A DNA stretch of 64,000 nucleotides from Minisyncoccota bacterium (GCA_017991375.1 JAGOQP010000006.1:3200-67199), one strand, 5' to 3'; shown: positions 38,506-47,793, counted from the first letter of the stretch. Numbers and translations are program-made. Notes: generated by a model from the letters alone, not told the origin.

Positions 38506-39942
38506 TTATTCTTTTTTCTTTTTTATTTCTAATCCTAACTCACCCAGTTGTCTTTCGTTTGCCAAAGAAGGAGCATCCATAACCGATGTTTGACCCTTTG
38601 AACTTACCGGAAACGCAATAACTTCTCGTATATTTGGTTCGTTGGCAAGAACCATCACCAACCGATCAAGTCCGGGCGCCATTCCCGCGTGAGGCGGAGC
38701 GCCGTACTCATACGCTCGAATAAGATGACCAAATCGTTCATCAACTTCTTGCGGAGAAAGCCCCATAATTTCAAACACCTTTTTTTGCACAGTGGGGTTT
38801 GAGATGCGCACGCCGCCAGAAGCCATTTCATATCCATTACACACCAAATCGTATTGACATGCTCGCAGTTCGCCTAAACGCTCTCCTTTCATTAGCTGAT
38901 CAATATGTTCTGGCTTTGGAGCGGAAAACGGATTGTGAGCAAACGTGTAACGCTTTTCGTCCTCATCAAACTCAAACAGCGGAAAGTCAACAACCCACGC
39001 GAACGCCAATTCGTTTGGATCTTCCTTGTTTTGACGTATATCAAACTTGTCCGCGCCAAACTGTTTGAGCGCTTCTTCGTGAGTAAAGACGGGGAATGGC
39101 TTTGTGGTTACCTTTTTTCCACACGACTCGGCAATGTGTATCATCATCCCCTCAACCATATCACGCACGTCTTTTTCGGAAACAAATGACATCTCCAAAT
39201 CAATTTGTGTATGTTCAAATTGTCTATCACCTCGCAAGTCCTCATCGCGAAACGCGTGAGCGAGTTGATAATATCGTTCAAATCCAGCAATCATCAGTAG
39301 TTGTTTATATTGTTGCGGCGCCTGTGGGAGCGCGTAGAATTTCCCGGGATAAAATCGCGACGGCACCAAAAAGTCACGCGCGCCCTCGGGAGATGTTTTA
39401 GTAAGGGTGGGTGTCTCAATTTCAACAAAGCCATTGCGATTGAGATACTCTCGCGCGAGCGTGGCGACCTTGTGTCGCAATATAATGTTGTCCCGCATAC
39501 GAGGACGCCTCAGATCAAGGTATCGAAATTCCATTCGTGTTTCTTCATTGATGTCTCGTCCATCACCACTCACGTCAAAAGGAGGCGTTTGAGATTTTCC
39601 TAAGACAACCATATCCCGCGCTTCTATTTCTATTTTTCCCGTTGGAAGATTTTCATTTACTAAATTATCTGGGCGATCTTTCACCAGGCCACTCACGCGC
39701 ACAACCCATTCGTTACGCAATTCCTGCGCGGCAGCATAAAGCGCCTCTCCACTCCAAGGACCAAAAACAACCTGGCATATCCCGCTTCTGTCGCGAAGAT
39801 CAATAAAGATAATCTTTCCGTGATCGCGCCGATTATCAACCCATCCAAAAAGCTCAACCTCTTGGCCCGTGCGATGTGCGGTATCAACGATCCACGTTTG
39901 TTTCATACGCATTACGATACACAAAAAAAGAGCTTTCTGCAA
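38506..39942 (-). CDS. aspS: Aspartyl-tRNA synthetase, compact form without the GAD insertion
   Basis: N-terminal OB fold. Motif 2 FRDEDLRGDRQFEHTQIDLEMSF. Motif 3 GMAPGLDRLVMVL. The start may be at 39906. Confidence 0.85.
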   Translation of the reverse strand: MQKALFLCIVMRMKQTWIVDTAHRTGQEVELFGWVDNRRDHGKIIFIDLRDRSGICQVVFGPWSGEALYAAAQELRNEWVVRVSGLVKDRPDNLVNENLPTGKIEIEARDMVVLGKSQTPPFDVSGDGRDINEETRMEFRYLDLRRPRMRDNIILRHKVATLAREYLNRNGFVEIETPTLTKTSPEGARDFLVPSRFYPGKFYALPQAPQQYKQLLMIAGFERYYQLAHAFRDEDLRGDRQFEHTQIDLEMSFVSEKDVRDMVEGMMIHIAESCGKKVTTKPFPVFTHEEALKQFGADKFDIRQNKEDPNELAFAWVVDFPLFEFDEDEKRYTFAHNPFSAPKPEHIDQLMKGERLGELRACQYDLVCNGYEMASGGVRISNPTVQKKVFEIMGLSPQEVDERFGHLIRAYEYGAPPHAGMAPGLDRLVMVLANEPNIREVIAFPVSSKGQTSVMDAPSLANERQLGELGLEIKKKKE

Positions 39943-39948
39943 ATAATA

Positions 39949-40800
39949 TTATCGTACCCGAGACACCACCAATGCCCCATTATCCCAGGTAACGCGCATA
40001 GTTCCTTCTCGATCGGTACGTAATAGGCGCGCCCCCACGCGAGAGATACGCTCCAAAGTGCTTGACGCAGGATGTCCATAGCTGTTTTTCCCAACCTCAA
40101 TAATCGCAAGTAGTGGACGCACCTGTTCCAAAAAAGAATATGATGACGCGTATGCCGATCCATGATGCGCCACTTTCAAAATCTGAGCCGATAAATCCCC
40201 TGTTAAGCGCGTATCTAGTGTACTAGTAATATCACCCGCAAAAAGAATCTTTTGTCTCTCGTGCTCATAGCGAATAATGAGCGATGCGTCGTTGTCGGTA
40301 TGTTTTTTTGAAAGATATTCACGTGTTGGCCACAATACGGTCATACGATTATCACTCCCCCACGAAATAACACTCCCAGCATAAAGAGCTACCAAGGGAA
40401 CATGCGCGGTATTGGTCGCAGCTAAAACTTCGTCGTACAGATCGGTTTTGTCCCCATTCCATACCACCACGCCAACACGATACACCCTCAGCAAGTGGAA
40501 TAGGCCCCCAACGTGATCACGATCCAGATGAGAAAGTACAACCATATCAACGCGTTTTTCTCCCCACGGCGTAATACGATCAAAAACATCGAGCACCGAC
40601 CCATCACGTCCAACATCAACAGCAACCACCACATTATCAGACGCAATAATGTTCGCGTCGGCCTGCCCAACATCAAGAAAGTACGCGCCACTAAACGAAC
40701 GAGGAAATAAGTTATATCCATACACAAAAATAACCGCGCACAATAACGCGATGAGCACTCCCCATGTAATAAAAAAATCTCGTTTAGAGTTCATACCCAC
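39949..40800 (-). CDS. comEC: ComEC/Rec2 metallo-beta-lactamase domain protein (second half of a split ComEC)
   Basis: LSHLDRDHVGG (HxDxDH) and KVAHHGS, with its own N-terminal signal anchor. Confidence 0.75.
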   Translation of the reverse strand: MGMNSKRDFFITWGVLIALLCAVIFVYGYNLFPRSFSGAYFLDVGQADANIIASDNVVVAVDVGRDGSVLDVFDRITPWGEKRVDMVVLSHLDRDHVGGLFHLLRVYRVGVVVWNGDKTDLYDEVLAATNTAHVPLVALYAGSVISWGSDNRMTVLWPTREYLSKKHTDNDASLIIRYEHERQKILFAGDITSTLDTRLTGDLSAQILKVAHHGSAYASSYSFLEQVRPLLAIIEVGKNSYGHPASSTLERISRVGARLLRTDREGTMRVTWDNGALVVSRVR

Positions 40801-42241
40801 GTTTAGTTAAATACCTATACAATAAAAACGTACCGCCTATGAGTGCCATGTAATACACAACCGTTGCAACCCACGACCACGATAACGAATACGACCCCTC
40901 CGATCCAAAAAAGATAATAACCGCGCTCATATATCGTAACGGCAAAAAAGCTATTGCCCCAAAAAAGACCCCGAGGAAAGGAAGAAGGATGCGCACGCAT
41001 CCGGCACAAAAAGAAAACATCATAGCAAAAGGAACGAGCGGCAAAACAAGCATATTAGAAAGAATGCTCCATACCGAAATCGTTTTAAACACCGACGCTA
41101 AAACAGGAAACACCGCCATTTGCGCTCCCACGGTTTGAGATAATATATGTACCACAAAGCGTATGGCAATATGAGCGCCTACAACCATCTGGTCACACAG
41201 AGGACCAATAACACCCATACCAAAAAGAGAGAGGAACGAAAGAATACATCCAATATCGTGCGTGATAATGAGAGGATTGTAGAGAACCATACAAAACGCC
41301 GCCACTACAACACTTTGAGAAAAACTATACACTCGCGACCACATATACGCCCCAATCGAGAGAATCCCCATGAGCGCCGCGCGCACCACGGAACTTTCGG
41401 CGCCAGTCATAACAACAAACAATACCACTCCACACACAACAGTGATACTTGCTATACGCCGTTTGAATATCAGACCAAAAAACGCCCATATCACAGCGAC
41501 TACAATAGTAATATTATACCCAGAGAGAGCCACCAGATGTGTCGTCCCACTATTCTTCATCGCGTCTTTAAACAACGCGGAAAATCCCGCGCTATCTTTT
41601 CCAAGCAACAACCCCGCCGCTAATGCCGCCTCTTGCCGAGGCAATACGCGTAACAATGCGTGAGAAAAATAAGCACGAAAAGCAAACAGATCGCGAGCAA
41701 TACTCCATTGGCCACTCTGATGAGACACGATGGTAGCAAAAGGCATAATCCCTCCGACCCCAGATAGCGATAGATAAGAACTTGCCTCATCTAATGGCGT
41801 TAGATCACCCATGAGCGTAATACTATCCCCATACGACAACGACCGATATGGCTCTGTATACGCCGCCACGATTCCTCCTTCTTTTTGTCTCACTATGACG
41901 CGAGTAGATTTATCGCTGACGCGCGGAGAGGCAATAATAACTCCCTGGACTCGAGCATTCAACGAATGCGCCACTTTTGACTGTGTATCAAAAAGATAGC
42001 GCTCCCTCCACTGCGCGTACCAAAAACCCACCAACACTATAACAATTAACGGGACAAAAAAGAGCGCTCTCGCGCCCCACTCTGCCGCCCAAAAAACACA
42101 CGCGCAAAGAATGCCCCCCGCTACCACTATATAAACAAAAACGGCGCGCGCGCCGATCTGTTGAAGTAATACTCCTACAATAAACAGAACAAAAACCCAA
42201 AATGCTTTTTGGCTTAGCGTCATAATCAAACCAATAGACAC
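40784..42241 (-). CDS. comEC: ComEC/Rec2 competence-channel membrane domain protein (first half of a split ComEC)
   Basis: 485-aa polytopic membrane protein with the DUF4131/Competence domain arrangement. It overlaps the MBL ORF by 17 nt. Confidence 0.7.
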   Translation of the reverse strand: MSIGLIMTLSQKAFWVFVLFIVGVLLQQIGARAVFVYIVVAGGILCACVFWAAEWGARALFFVPLIVIVLVGFWYAQWRERYLFDTQSKVAHSLNARVQGVIIASPRVSDKSTRVIVRQKEGGIVAAYTEPYRSLSYGDSITLMGDLTPLDEASSYLSLSGVGGIMPFATIVSHQSGQWSIARDLFAFRAYFSHALLRVLPRQEAALAAGLLLGKDSAGFSALFKDAMKNSGTTHLVALSGYNITIVVAVIWAFFGLIFKRRIASITVVCGVVLFVVMTGAESSVVRAALMGILSIGAYMWSRVYSFSQSVVVAAFCMVLYNPLIITHDIGCILSFLSLFGMGVIGPLCDQMVVGAHIAIRFVVHILSQTVGAQMAVFPVLASVFKTISVWSILSNMLVLPLVPFAMMFSFCAGCVRILLPFLGVFFGAIAFLPLRYMSAVIIFFGSEGSYSLSWSWVATVVYYMALIGGTFLLYRYLTKRGYEL

Positions 42242-42243
42242 TA

Positions 42244-43245
42244 TTAATCACCAATTATTTCAGTAAGTGCTGTCTCAAAATCTTTTGTGGATAACGCAGG
42301 ATCTTCTTTAAGTCCATAAAAAGCTCCCATAACTTTTGTTGGATCTACCATCATAATAGGAACTCCTTTGCGTTTTATATATCGCAAAACACGAAGTTGT
42401 TCTTTAAACCATTCGCTCCCCACCTCCGCCATATGATCAAGTTTTTGCGCGGCTGCATGTATAATCTTTTTCTTTCTATCAGCCTGTCCCTCATCGGAAG
42501 ACGGGTCCACCTGCGTTAGATCAACCTTCCCTCTTCGTATCCATCCAACACCACGACTTAGAAGAGATCTTTTATACGTTCCACGAGATGGCAATACATA
42601 CACGACAAATTGATAACCATCGGGAGCACCGTCTGATCCGTCAATTCGAGTATATGTTCCATTTTCTTCTCGTTGTTCATCTAAACCGTGGACATCCTCA
42701 ACAACATAGACATCTGCCGAAACACGCGGAGGAAATATTTTGTCATAATCGCGATCAAATGACACGACTCGCAACTGAGACATACGAGCTTCAAGTTCTT
42801 TTGCGAATGCTTTACGCATCGTTGCTTTACCAGAAGATCCAATACCACTCACTAATATATAAAACGGCTCGTTTGTTTCTTTTCGATGATGTTCAATTTC
42901 CTGGACAACATGCTCAACAGCATCACCAAAACACTCTAATTTCTGCAAACGTTTCTCGGGAGAACGTAAAAAACCGCGCTGAGGCATCGCGGGGTCCAAT
43001 GGAGCAACAAGATCCAACCCCAGATGATTTAACGCCACCAGCGCATCCTCGTCTTCAGCAAACTCAGGAGTGTTTGTTTCCTGCGCCTTAAACTCTCTAA
43101 GATGTTTTTGGGTCAATCGAAACCATTCTTGGTCTTGATCTTCTACAGAAAGCCGACTAAGACGTCCCCAAACACGAGGATTGTGTTGTTCAATATTTAT
43201 CTGAGAGGCTGTTTTTTCTTTTGGTTGTTCAAACGGTCGTTCCAT
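42244..43245 (-). CDS. Hypothetical P-loop NTPase/kinase
   Basis: Walker A ILVSGIGSSGKAT. Confidence 0.45.
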   Translation of the reverse strand: MERPFEQPKEKTASQINIEQHNPRVWGRLSRLSVEDQDQEWFRLTQKHLREFKAQETNTPEFAEDEDALVALNHLGLDLVAPLDPAMPQRGFLRSPEKRLQKLECFGDAVEHVVQEIEHHRKETNEPFYILVSGIGSSGKATMRKAFAKELEARMSQLRVVSFDRDYDKIFPPRVSADVYVVEDVHGLDEQREENGTYTRIDGSDGAPDGYQFVVYVLPSRGTYKRSLLSRGVGWIRRGKVDLTQVDPSSDEGQADRKKKIIHAAAQKLDHMAEVGSEWFKEQLRVLRYIKRKGVPIMMVDPTKVMGAFYGLKEDPALSTKDFETALTEIIGD

Positions 43246-43250
43246 ATATT

Positions 43251-44234
43251 TTATAGAGTTTTTATAGTAGTTGATATCATTATTTTATTATATTCTATCT
43301 GAGACATTTGGACAAACAATCCATCGAGTGCTTTGTTCCATTCTGTGGCATCTCGGTTTCCATACACATAGTGGAGCGCAAACGCAAGAGAGCGCTCTAA
43401 TATCGCAAATTGTATTGCAGAAATAAGACTTTTCCGTTCTCCAGCGGTTAAAACTCTATGTTTGAAATATTCCTCCATAAGCGCTTTAAAACGCGTATTA
43501 TTCCATCGTCTCCAATTGCTATCAAAACACCACCCGCGACACGCTTGGCCGACATCTAAGATCAAAGGCCCATAATAAGCGCGGTCAAAATCAATTATTT
43601 GTACGATGCGATCTTTGTTCCATAGAATATGTCGCTTACCAAGATCTTCATGAATGGTTCCCATGGGAAGAGAGGATGAAAAGTAAAGAGTTTTTAAAAA
43701 TCGCTTATACATAATAACAAATGCGCGTCGTTTCGGCCCACCACTCTTTTCTATATCATAAACATCTTCCTTAAAGTGACGGACTGTTGTTGGTACGTCA
43801 AATACATGAGTACGTGCGTGAGTTGTTTTAAATCTTTTGATGGCAGTGTGAAATCGCCCTAATAATTCTCCAAATCGTCTAACATCAGAAACAGTCGGAT
43901 TGAGCTTTTCTTTTCCTTTCACAAATTTTCGTATGTATCCAAAATGATTATTCCAAAAAATGACACGCTCACCACATTTATTAGAAAGGGGAACTTCAAC
44001 AGGAAGTCCTTTTTTATGTAAATACGCTAATAACTCTATTTCAGCTTTGATTTCTTTCTTGCTACGCCATCGATGCCCATCGGGACATAAACGTAAGAAA
44101 TATTTTTCTTTTGAGGTTTGTATATAAAACGCGATGTTCCCACTAGTAACAAGCCGTTGGATGCGCTTGGGCTTAATACCAAAGCTTTTTATTATAAGCA
44201 CTATTTCATTCCGTGATGGTAATATCATAATCAA
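43251..44234 (-). CDS. Aminoglycoside/choline-kinase-like phosphotransferase (APH family)
   Basis: Brenner motif HEDLGKRHILWN and Mg-binding IIDFDRA. Confidence 0.6.
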   Translation of the reverse strand: MIMILPSRNEIVLIIKSFGIKPKRIQRLVTSGNIAFYIQTSKEKYFLRLCPDGHRWRSKKEIKAEIELLAYLHKKGLPVEVPLSNKCGERVIFWNNHFGYIRKFVKGKEKLNPTVSDVRRFGELLGRFHTAIKRFKTTHARTHVFDVPTTVRHFKEDVYDIEKSGGPKRRAFVIMYKRFLKTLYFSSSLPMGTIHEDLGKRHILWNKDRIVQIIDFDRAYYGPLILDVGQACRGWCFDSNWRRWNNTRFKALMEEYFKHRVLTAGERKSLISAIQFAILERSLAFALHYVYGNRDATEWNKALDGLFVQMSQIEYNKIMISTTIKTL

Positions 44235-44758
44235 AACTCAAATCCTACTAACGCTTTTTTTCCTTTGGTAAAGGGATGTTTTAGTTCTTTCATTTCGGTT
44301 GCAAGATCAGCTCGTTTTATGAAGCTCGCCGGAGCTCCTCTTCCTGATAATACCACAATCATATGTTGCGGTTCACGACGAATAACTCTAAGCACCTCAG
44401 CTACTCGTAGCAGTTTCAACGTCACCGCGACATTTACTTCATCAAGCGCGACTATGTCCCATTTTTTTGACTGAATAGCCAAAGCAGCTTTTTTAAGTGT
44501 CTCTTTGGCCGCTTTTTTATGAACAGAAAAAGGGAGTTTATCTCCTAAAATACCCACGAACCCTTTTCCCCCACGACGAATTTCAAATGCTTTCTTAAAT
44601 TTTGAATACTTGTCTAAAAACTTATGCTCACCAGAAATCCAGGGACCCTTTATAAACTGAAACATAATAACACGTTTGCCCTGCCCCACCGCGCGCATCA
44701 TTTGCCCTAATGTTGCGGTAGTTTTTCCTTTCCCATTTCCGGTAAAAACGACAATCAT
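44231..44758 (-). CDS. cobO: Cob(I)yrinic acid a,c-diamide / corrinoid adenosyltransferase (CobO/BtuR family)
   Basis: MIVVFTGNGKGKTTATLG P-loop characteristic of CobA/CobO. Start trimmed. Confidence 0.75.
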   Translation of the reverse strand: MIVVFTGNGKGKTTATLGQMMRAVGQGKRVIMFQFIKGPWISGEHKFLDKYSKFKKAFEIRRGGKGFVGILGDKLPFSVHKKAAKETLKKAALAIQSKKWDIVALDEVNVAVTLKLLRVAEVLRVIRREPQHMIVVLSGRGAPASFIKRADLATEMKELKHPFTKGKKALVGFEF

Positions 44759-44855
44759 GAAATAAGTATAGAGTGAAAAGTGAGATGTGGAAAGCTCTCC
44801 TATACTCATCTTTAATGATTTTTTCTGCTTTCCACTAACCACTGATCACTACTCA

Positions 44856-45989
44856 CTATTGAATAACCCCTCCCCCTAACGCACGTCCCCAGTGAGAATA
44901 AAACACCGCCGATTGCCCAGACGCGGGAAACAATTTTTCTTTTGAACCAAACAAAAGAGTGCCGTTTTGCGTTGAGCCCGCGCCAACGAGCGTTGCGCGT
45001 AAAAGTCGTTGACGATATCGCACACGAACAAGACAGTTAACGCGTTGTTTGTGATCGTACGTCGCACGCGAAGCGCTATCAAGCCAATTAATATCAGTGA
45101 TAGCGCACTCATTGCCATACAAACATTCATCACCCTCATATGCGACAATGAGTTGATTACGCGTAATATCTTTTTTTACCACATAGTACGATTTTCCTGC
45201 TGTGTTTGAAAATCCATGCTTCTGACCGACAGTATAAAACCATACCCCATCGTGCTCACCTACTTTTTTGCCATGCATATCGATAATATCGCCATGAGTA
45301 ATGGGAATGTTGTTTTTGAGAAATTCATCAAACTTAAACTTTCCTAAAAAGCACACCCCCTGTGAATCTTTTTTATCTGCCGTTGGAATCCCAGCTTTGC
45401 GCGCAATAGCGCGCACTTTCTTTTTGGTCAGATGCCCAATAGGAAAGAGAATTTTTTCAAATCGCTCGCGCGGAACCTGCCACAAGAAATATGTTTGATC
45501 TTTTGATAAGTCATTTGCCTGGTAGAGAGCATGCTCTTTTTGTATCAACCACTTACCAAAACTAACTTTTGTTTTTAGACGAGCATAGTGCCCAGAGGCG
45601 ACATAATCGGCACCCAACTCTATGGCCTTATCAAAAAACAGCCCGAATTTGATAGCGCTATTGCACACCACATCGGGATTTGGCGTGATGCCCTTTCTAT
45701 AACCATCTAAGAGATACGACACCACGCGCTGTTTATATTCTTTTTCAAGATCAAAAACATAAAAAGGAATACCCAAGTGTTGGGCTACCCGTCGAGCATC
45801 CTCTCCCTCCTTATCTTGACAGCCATCAACATTGTACCCACGAATAAAGCCGCCGATCACTCGATATCCTTGTTTTTGCAAAAGCAATGCCGCGACAGAC
45901 GAATCCACGCCTCCAGACATCGCAACGAGAACTTTTTTATTTTTTTTATTTTTGGAAAACATTTCTTCTAAGGTTATATGTATTTCCAT
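44856..45989 (-). CDS. mnmA: tRNA-specific 2-thiouridylase MnmA
   Basis: PP-loop KVLVAMSGGVDSSVAALLL; the C-terminal domain is conserved. The start may be at 45962, which overlaps the RT 3' end by 17-44 nt. Confidence 0.9.
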   Translation of the reverse strand: MEIHITLEEMFSKNKKNKKVLVAMSGGVDSSVAALLLQKQGYRVIGGFIRGYNVDGCQDKEGEDARRVAQHLGIPFYVFDLEKEYKQRVVSYLLDGYRKGITPNPDVVCNSAIKFGLFFDKAIELGADYVASGHYARLKTKVSFGKWLIQKEHALYQANDLSKDQTYFLWQVPRERFEKILFPIGHLTKKKVRAIARKAGIPTADKKDSQGVCFLGKFKFDEFLKNNIPITHGDIIDMHGKKVGEHDGVWFYTVGQKHGFSNTAGKSYYVVKKDITRNQLIVAYEGDECLYGNECAITDINWLDSASRATYDHKQRVNCLVRVRYRQRLLRATLVGAGSTQNGTLLFGSKEKLFPASGQSAVFYSHWGRALGGGVIQ

Positions 45990-46929
45990 GCTTTATCAAT
46001 CCAAGATAGGAGTTGACAACTTGAGAGCTGTTAGTAGTCCGCAGTTTTTTTATCATCTTTCTTTTTGTGGAAGTTCTCAGGATTCTGTGGTCAGGAAAGG
46101 AAACCCAACCAAGAAAGTCGATGCCCGAAGATAATGCTTTTATAGAAACCTTGCCGGAATGAAGATGAAGTTTAAGGTTATGTTCGAGGAAATGGGATGT
46201 TTGGGAGATGAGGTTGATGAGATAATCCCTGTTTTCCGACAAAACAACAAAATCATCCGCGTATCTGATGTAACACTTCACTCTGAGGATATGCTTTATA
46301 TATTGATCAAAGGAGTTCATATAGACATTAACAAAGAGCTGGGAAGTGAGATTCCCAAGGGGAAGACCAACATCATCTTTTGTTGAGTGAAAACTGTTTA
46401 TGATTTCTTCAAAAAGCCAGATAATACCCTTGTCTGGAATGTACTGTTTGAGAGTAGAGATAAGAATTTGATGGTCTATATTGTCAAAGAACCTTCTGAT
46501 ATCACACTTGAGAGCCCAACAGGTTTTGGTGTTGTTCTGGCTGACTATATAAAAATAATTTCTGAGTTGATTTATGGCCTTGTGAGTTCCTTTATTGAGA
46601 CGACAAGAATAAGATGTATGGGAGAAAGTTTTATCAAAGAAGGGATAAAGGATTCTGTAGATGGCATGGTGTAATAATCTGTCTCTAACTTGAGCTTTGC
46701 TGATAATTCGAGGTTTAGGGTCAGATATTTTGAATTGTTCGTATCCTCCGTGTTTGTAGGTTTTGTTTTGAAGATCGTTACGAAGTGATATAATATTATT
46801 CATCAGTTGGAATTGAAATAACTGGACATCAGATTTGTTTCTTTTTCCTCTGATAAACTCCCTCCAGGCGAAAAGCAGATTATCAATACTGATAATATCT
46901 TCAAAGTTATGATTCAATATAATTTTCAT
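45946..46929 (-). CDS. Diversity-generating retroelement reverse transcriptase
   Basis: Collinear similarity to Bordetella phage bRT: NLLFAWREF.RGKR, DPKPR.IS...RDRLLHHAI, YSCRLNKGTH, motif A CDIRRFFDNIDH, motif B GLPLGNLTSQLFVNVY (the DGR SQ variant), motif C IRYADDFVVL, and GIDFLGW. Confidence 0.88.
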   Translation of the reverse strand: MKIILNHNFEDIISIDNLLFAWREFIRGKRNKSDVQLFQFQLMNNIISLRNDLQNKTYKHGGYEQFKISDPKPRIISKAQVRDRLLHHAIYRILYPFFDKTFSHTSYSCRLNKGTHKAINQLRNYFYIVSQNNTKTCWALKCDIRRFFDNIDHQILISTLKQYIPDKGIIWLFEEIINSFHSTKDDVGLPLGNLTSQLFVNVYMNSFDQYIKHILRVKCYIRYADDFVVLSENRDYLINLISQTSHFLEHNLKLHLHSGKVSIKALSSGIDFLGWVSFPDHRILRTSTKRKMIKKLRTTNSSQVVNSYLGLIKHGNTYNLRRNVFQK

Positions 46930-46945
46930 AAAGATTTTTCTTTAA

Positions 46946-46955
46946 CCCCCCCCCC
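46946..46955. repeat. C10/G10 homopolymer tract in the divergent RT/avd promoter region
   Basis: cccccccccc lies 17 nt upstream of the RT start codon and between the putative -35 and the TATAAT (46968-46973) of avd. Confidence 0.8.
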
Positions 46956-46990
46956 GCAACAATCTGACTATAATACAGAAGCTGGTTGGT

Positions 46991-47317
46991 GTGTATAAGT
47001 TATGGCATGAGTTTCTAAATCATTTTCATAAACAATCCAGATACACATTGGGAGAAAAGATTGATAATTTGTTTATTGAAATAATAGAGTTAGTTTTTAC
47101 AGCTATACATCTGAGCAAAGATCAAAAATTTCCGTATCTGCAGAAAGCCAGTATAAAGTTGGATATTCTAAAATTTTTTGTTCAAATGACTTGGGAAATG
47201 GGAATTTTGGACAATAAAAAATATGTTTTGCTTTCGGAAGATTTAGAAGAAATTGGTAAAATGTTGGGAGGATGGTTGAGGCAGTTTATAAAAAACTCCC
47301 CGCAGAAAGCGAGGTGA
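46991..47317 (+). CDS. avd: DGR accessory variability determinant (Avd, four-helix-bundle protein)
   Basis: 108 aa. The C-terminus EDLEEIGKMLGGWLRQFIKN matches bAvd VLIAEVGRILGSWIARVNRK. GTG start. Divergent from the RT. Confidence 0.65.
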   Translation: MYKLWHEFLNHFHKQSRYTLGEKIDNLFIEIIELVFTAIHLSKDQKFPYLQKASIKLDILKFFVQMTWEMGILDNKKYVLLSEDLEEIGKMLGGWLRQFIKNSPQKAR

Positions 47318-47321
47318 AAAC

Positions 47322-47456
47322 AAAACGACTTTCGGAATCCAACGACGCGGCAGTAGGAGTTGAAGTTGTTACTGAGCCAATTGTCGTTCCGATTCCACTG
47401 GCCATCGTTGAAGTTCAGGTACTGAACGTTGCGATTGCCGTTCTCGTCGAGCAGAA
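47322..47456 (-). repeat. DGR template repeat (TR)
   Basis: 135-bp direct repeat of 47794-47928. At all 12 mismatched positions this copy has A on the minus strand, and the codons are AAC/AAT-rich (NGNRNVQYLNFNDGQWNRNDNWLSNNFNSY). Confidence 0.85.
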
Positions 47457-47741
47457 ATGTATGCGACACCATCTATGCCACCATCCCTTAAATACTTTCG
47501 GGATTGAATATTGCTTGGAATCTCCTCCGACAATTATCGGAGTAATTCTCCAGCGTCGCATACCAAGTTGTTTTATTTTTGGAAATATGCAAACTCCCTG
47601 ACGCAAGGCGTACCCGGCGTCACTCTCATTACACATATTTCAGAATTCGGTCGCGTAAAGCCCTGCCTACCAGTAGGCAAACCGCACGCATACGAACCTA
47701 ATATCCGTTTCCACCATATCAGTTTTGTTGAAAATTTAAAA

Positions 47742-47788
47742 GGGACCAAGGAGTCAAGCGCGGCAAGGCGCAAGAACTCCAAGGTCCC
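47742..47788 (-). promoter_or_regulatory. GC hairpin immediately 3' of the VR (DGR target-site hairpin / terminator)
   Basis: Minus strand: GGGACCTTGGAGT-tcttgcgccttgccgcgcttg-ACTCCTTGGTCCC followed by a T-run; central TT-TT mismatch. It lies 10 nt after the target-gene stop. Confidence 0.6.
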
Positions 47789-47793
47789 AAGGG

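Noticed and set aside
45946-46929. Retron or group II intron reverse transcriptase as an alternative to DGR RT
   Set aside because: It is only 327 aa with no maturase/X or endonuclease domain and no msr/msd-like inverted repeats. Motif B carries the DGR-specific SQ, and a TR/VR pair with A-specific changes lies adjacent.
47182-47472. 96-aa minus-strand ORF (MVSHTFLLDENGNRNVQYLNFNDGQWNRNDNW...)
   Set aside because: It is the DGR template repeat read in the VR frame. It has no independent start or RBS context and duplicates the target-gene C-terminus, so it is not a gene.
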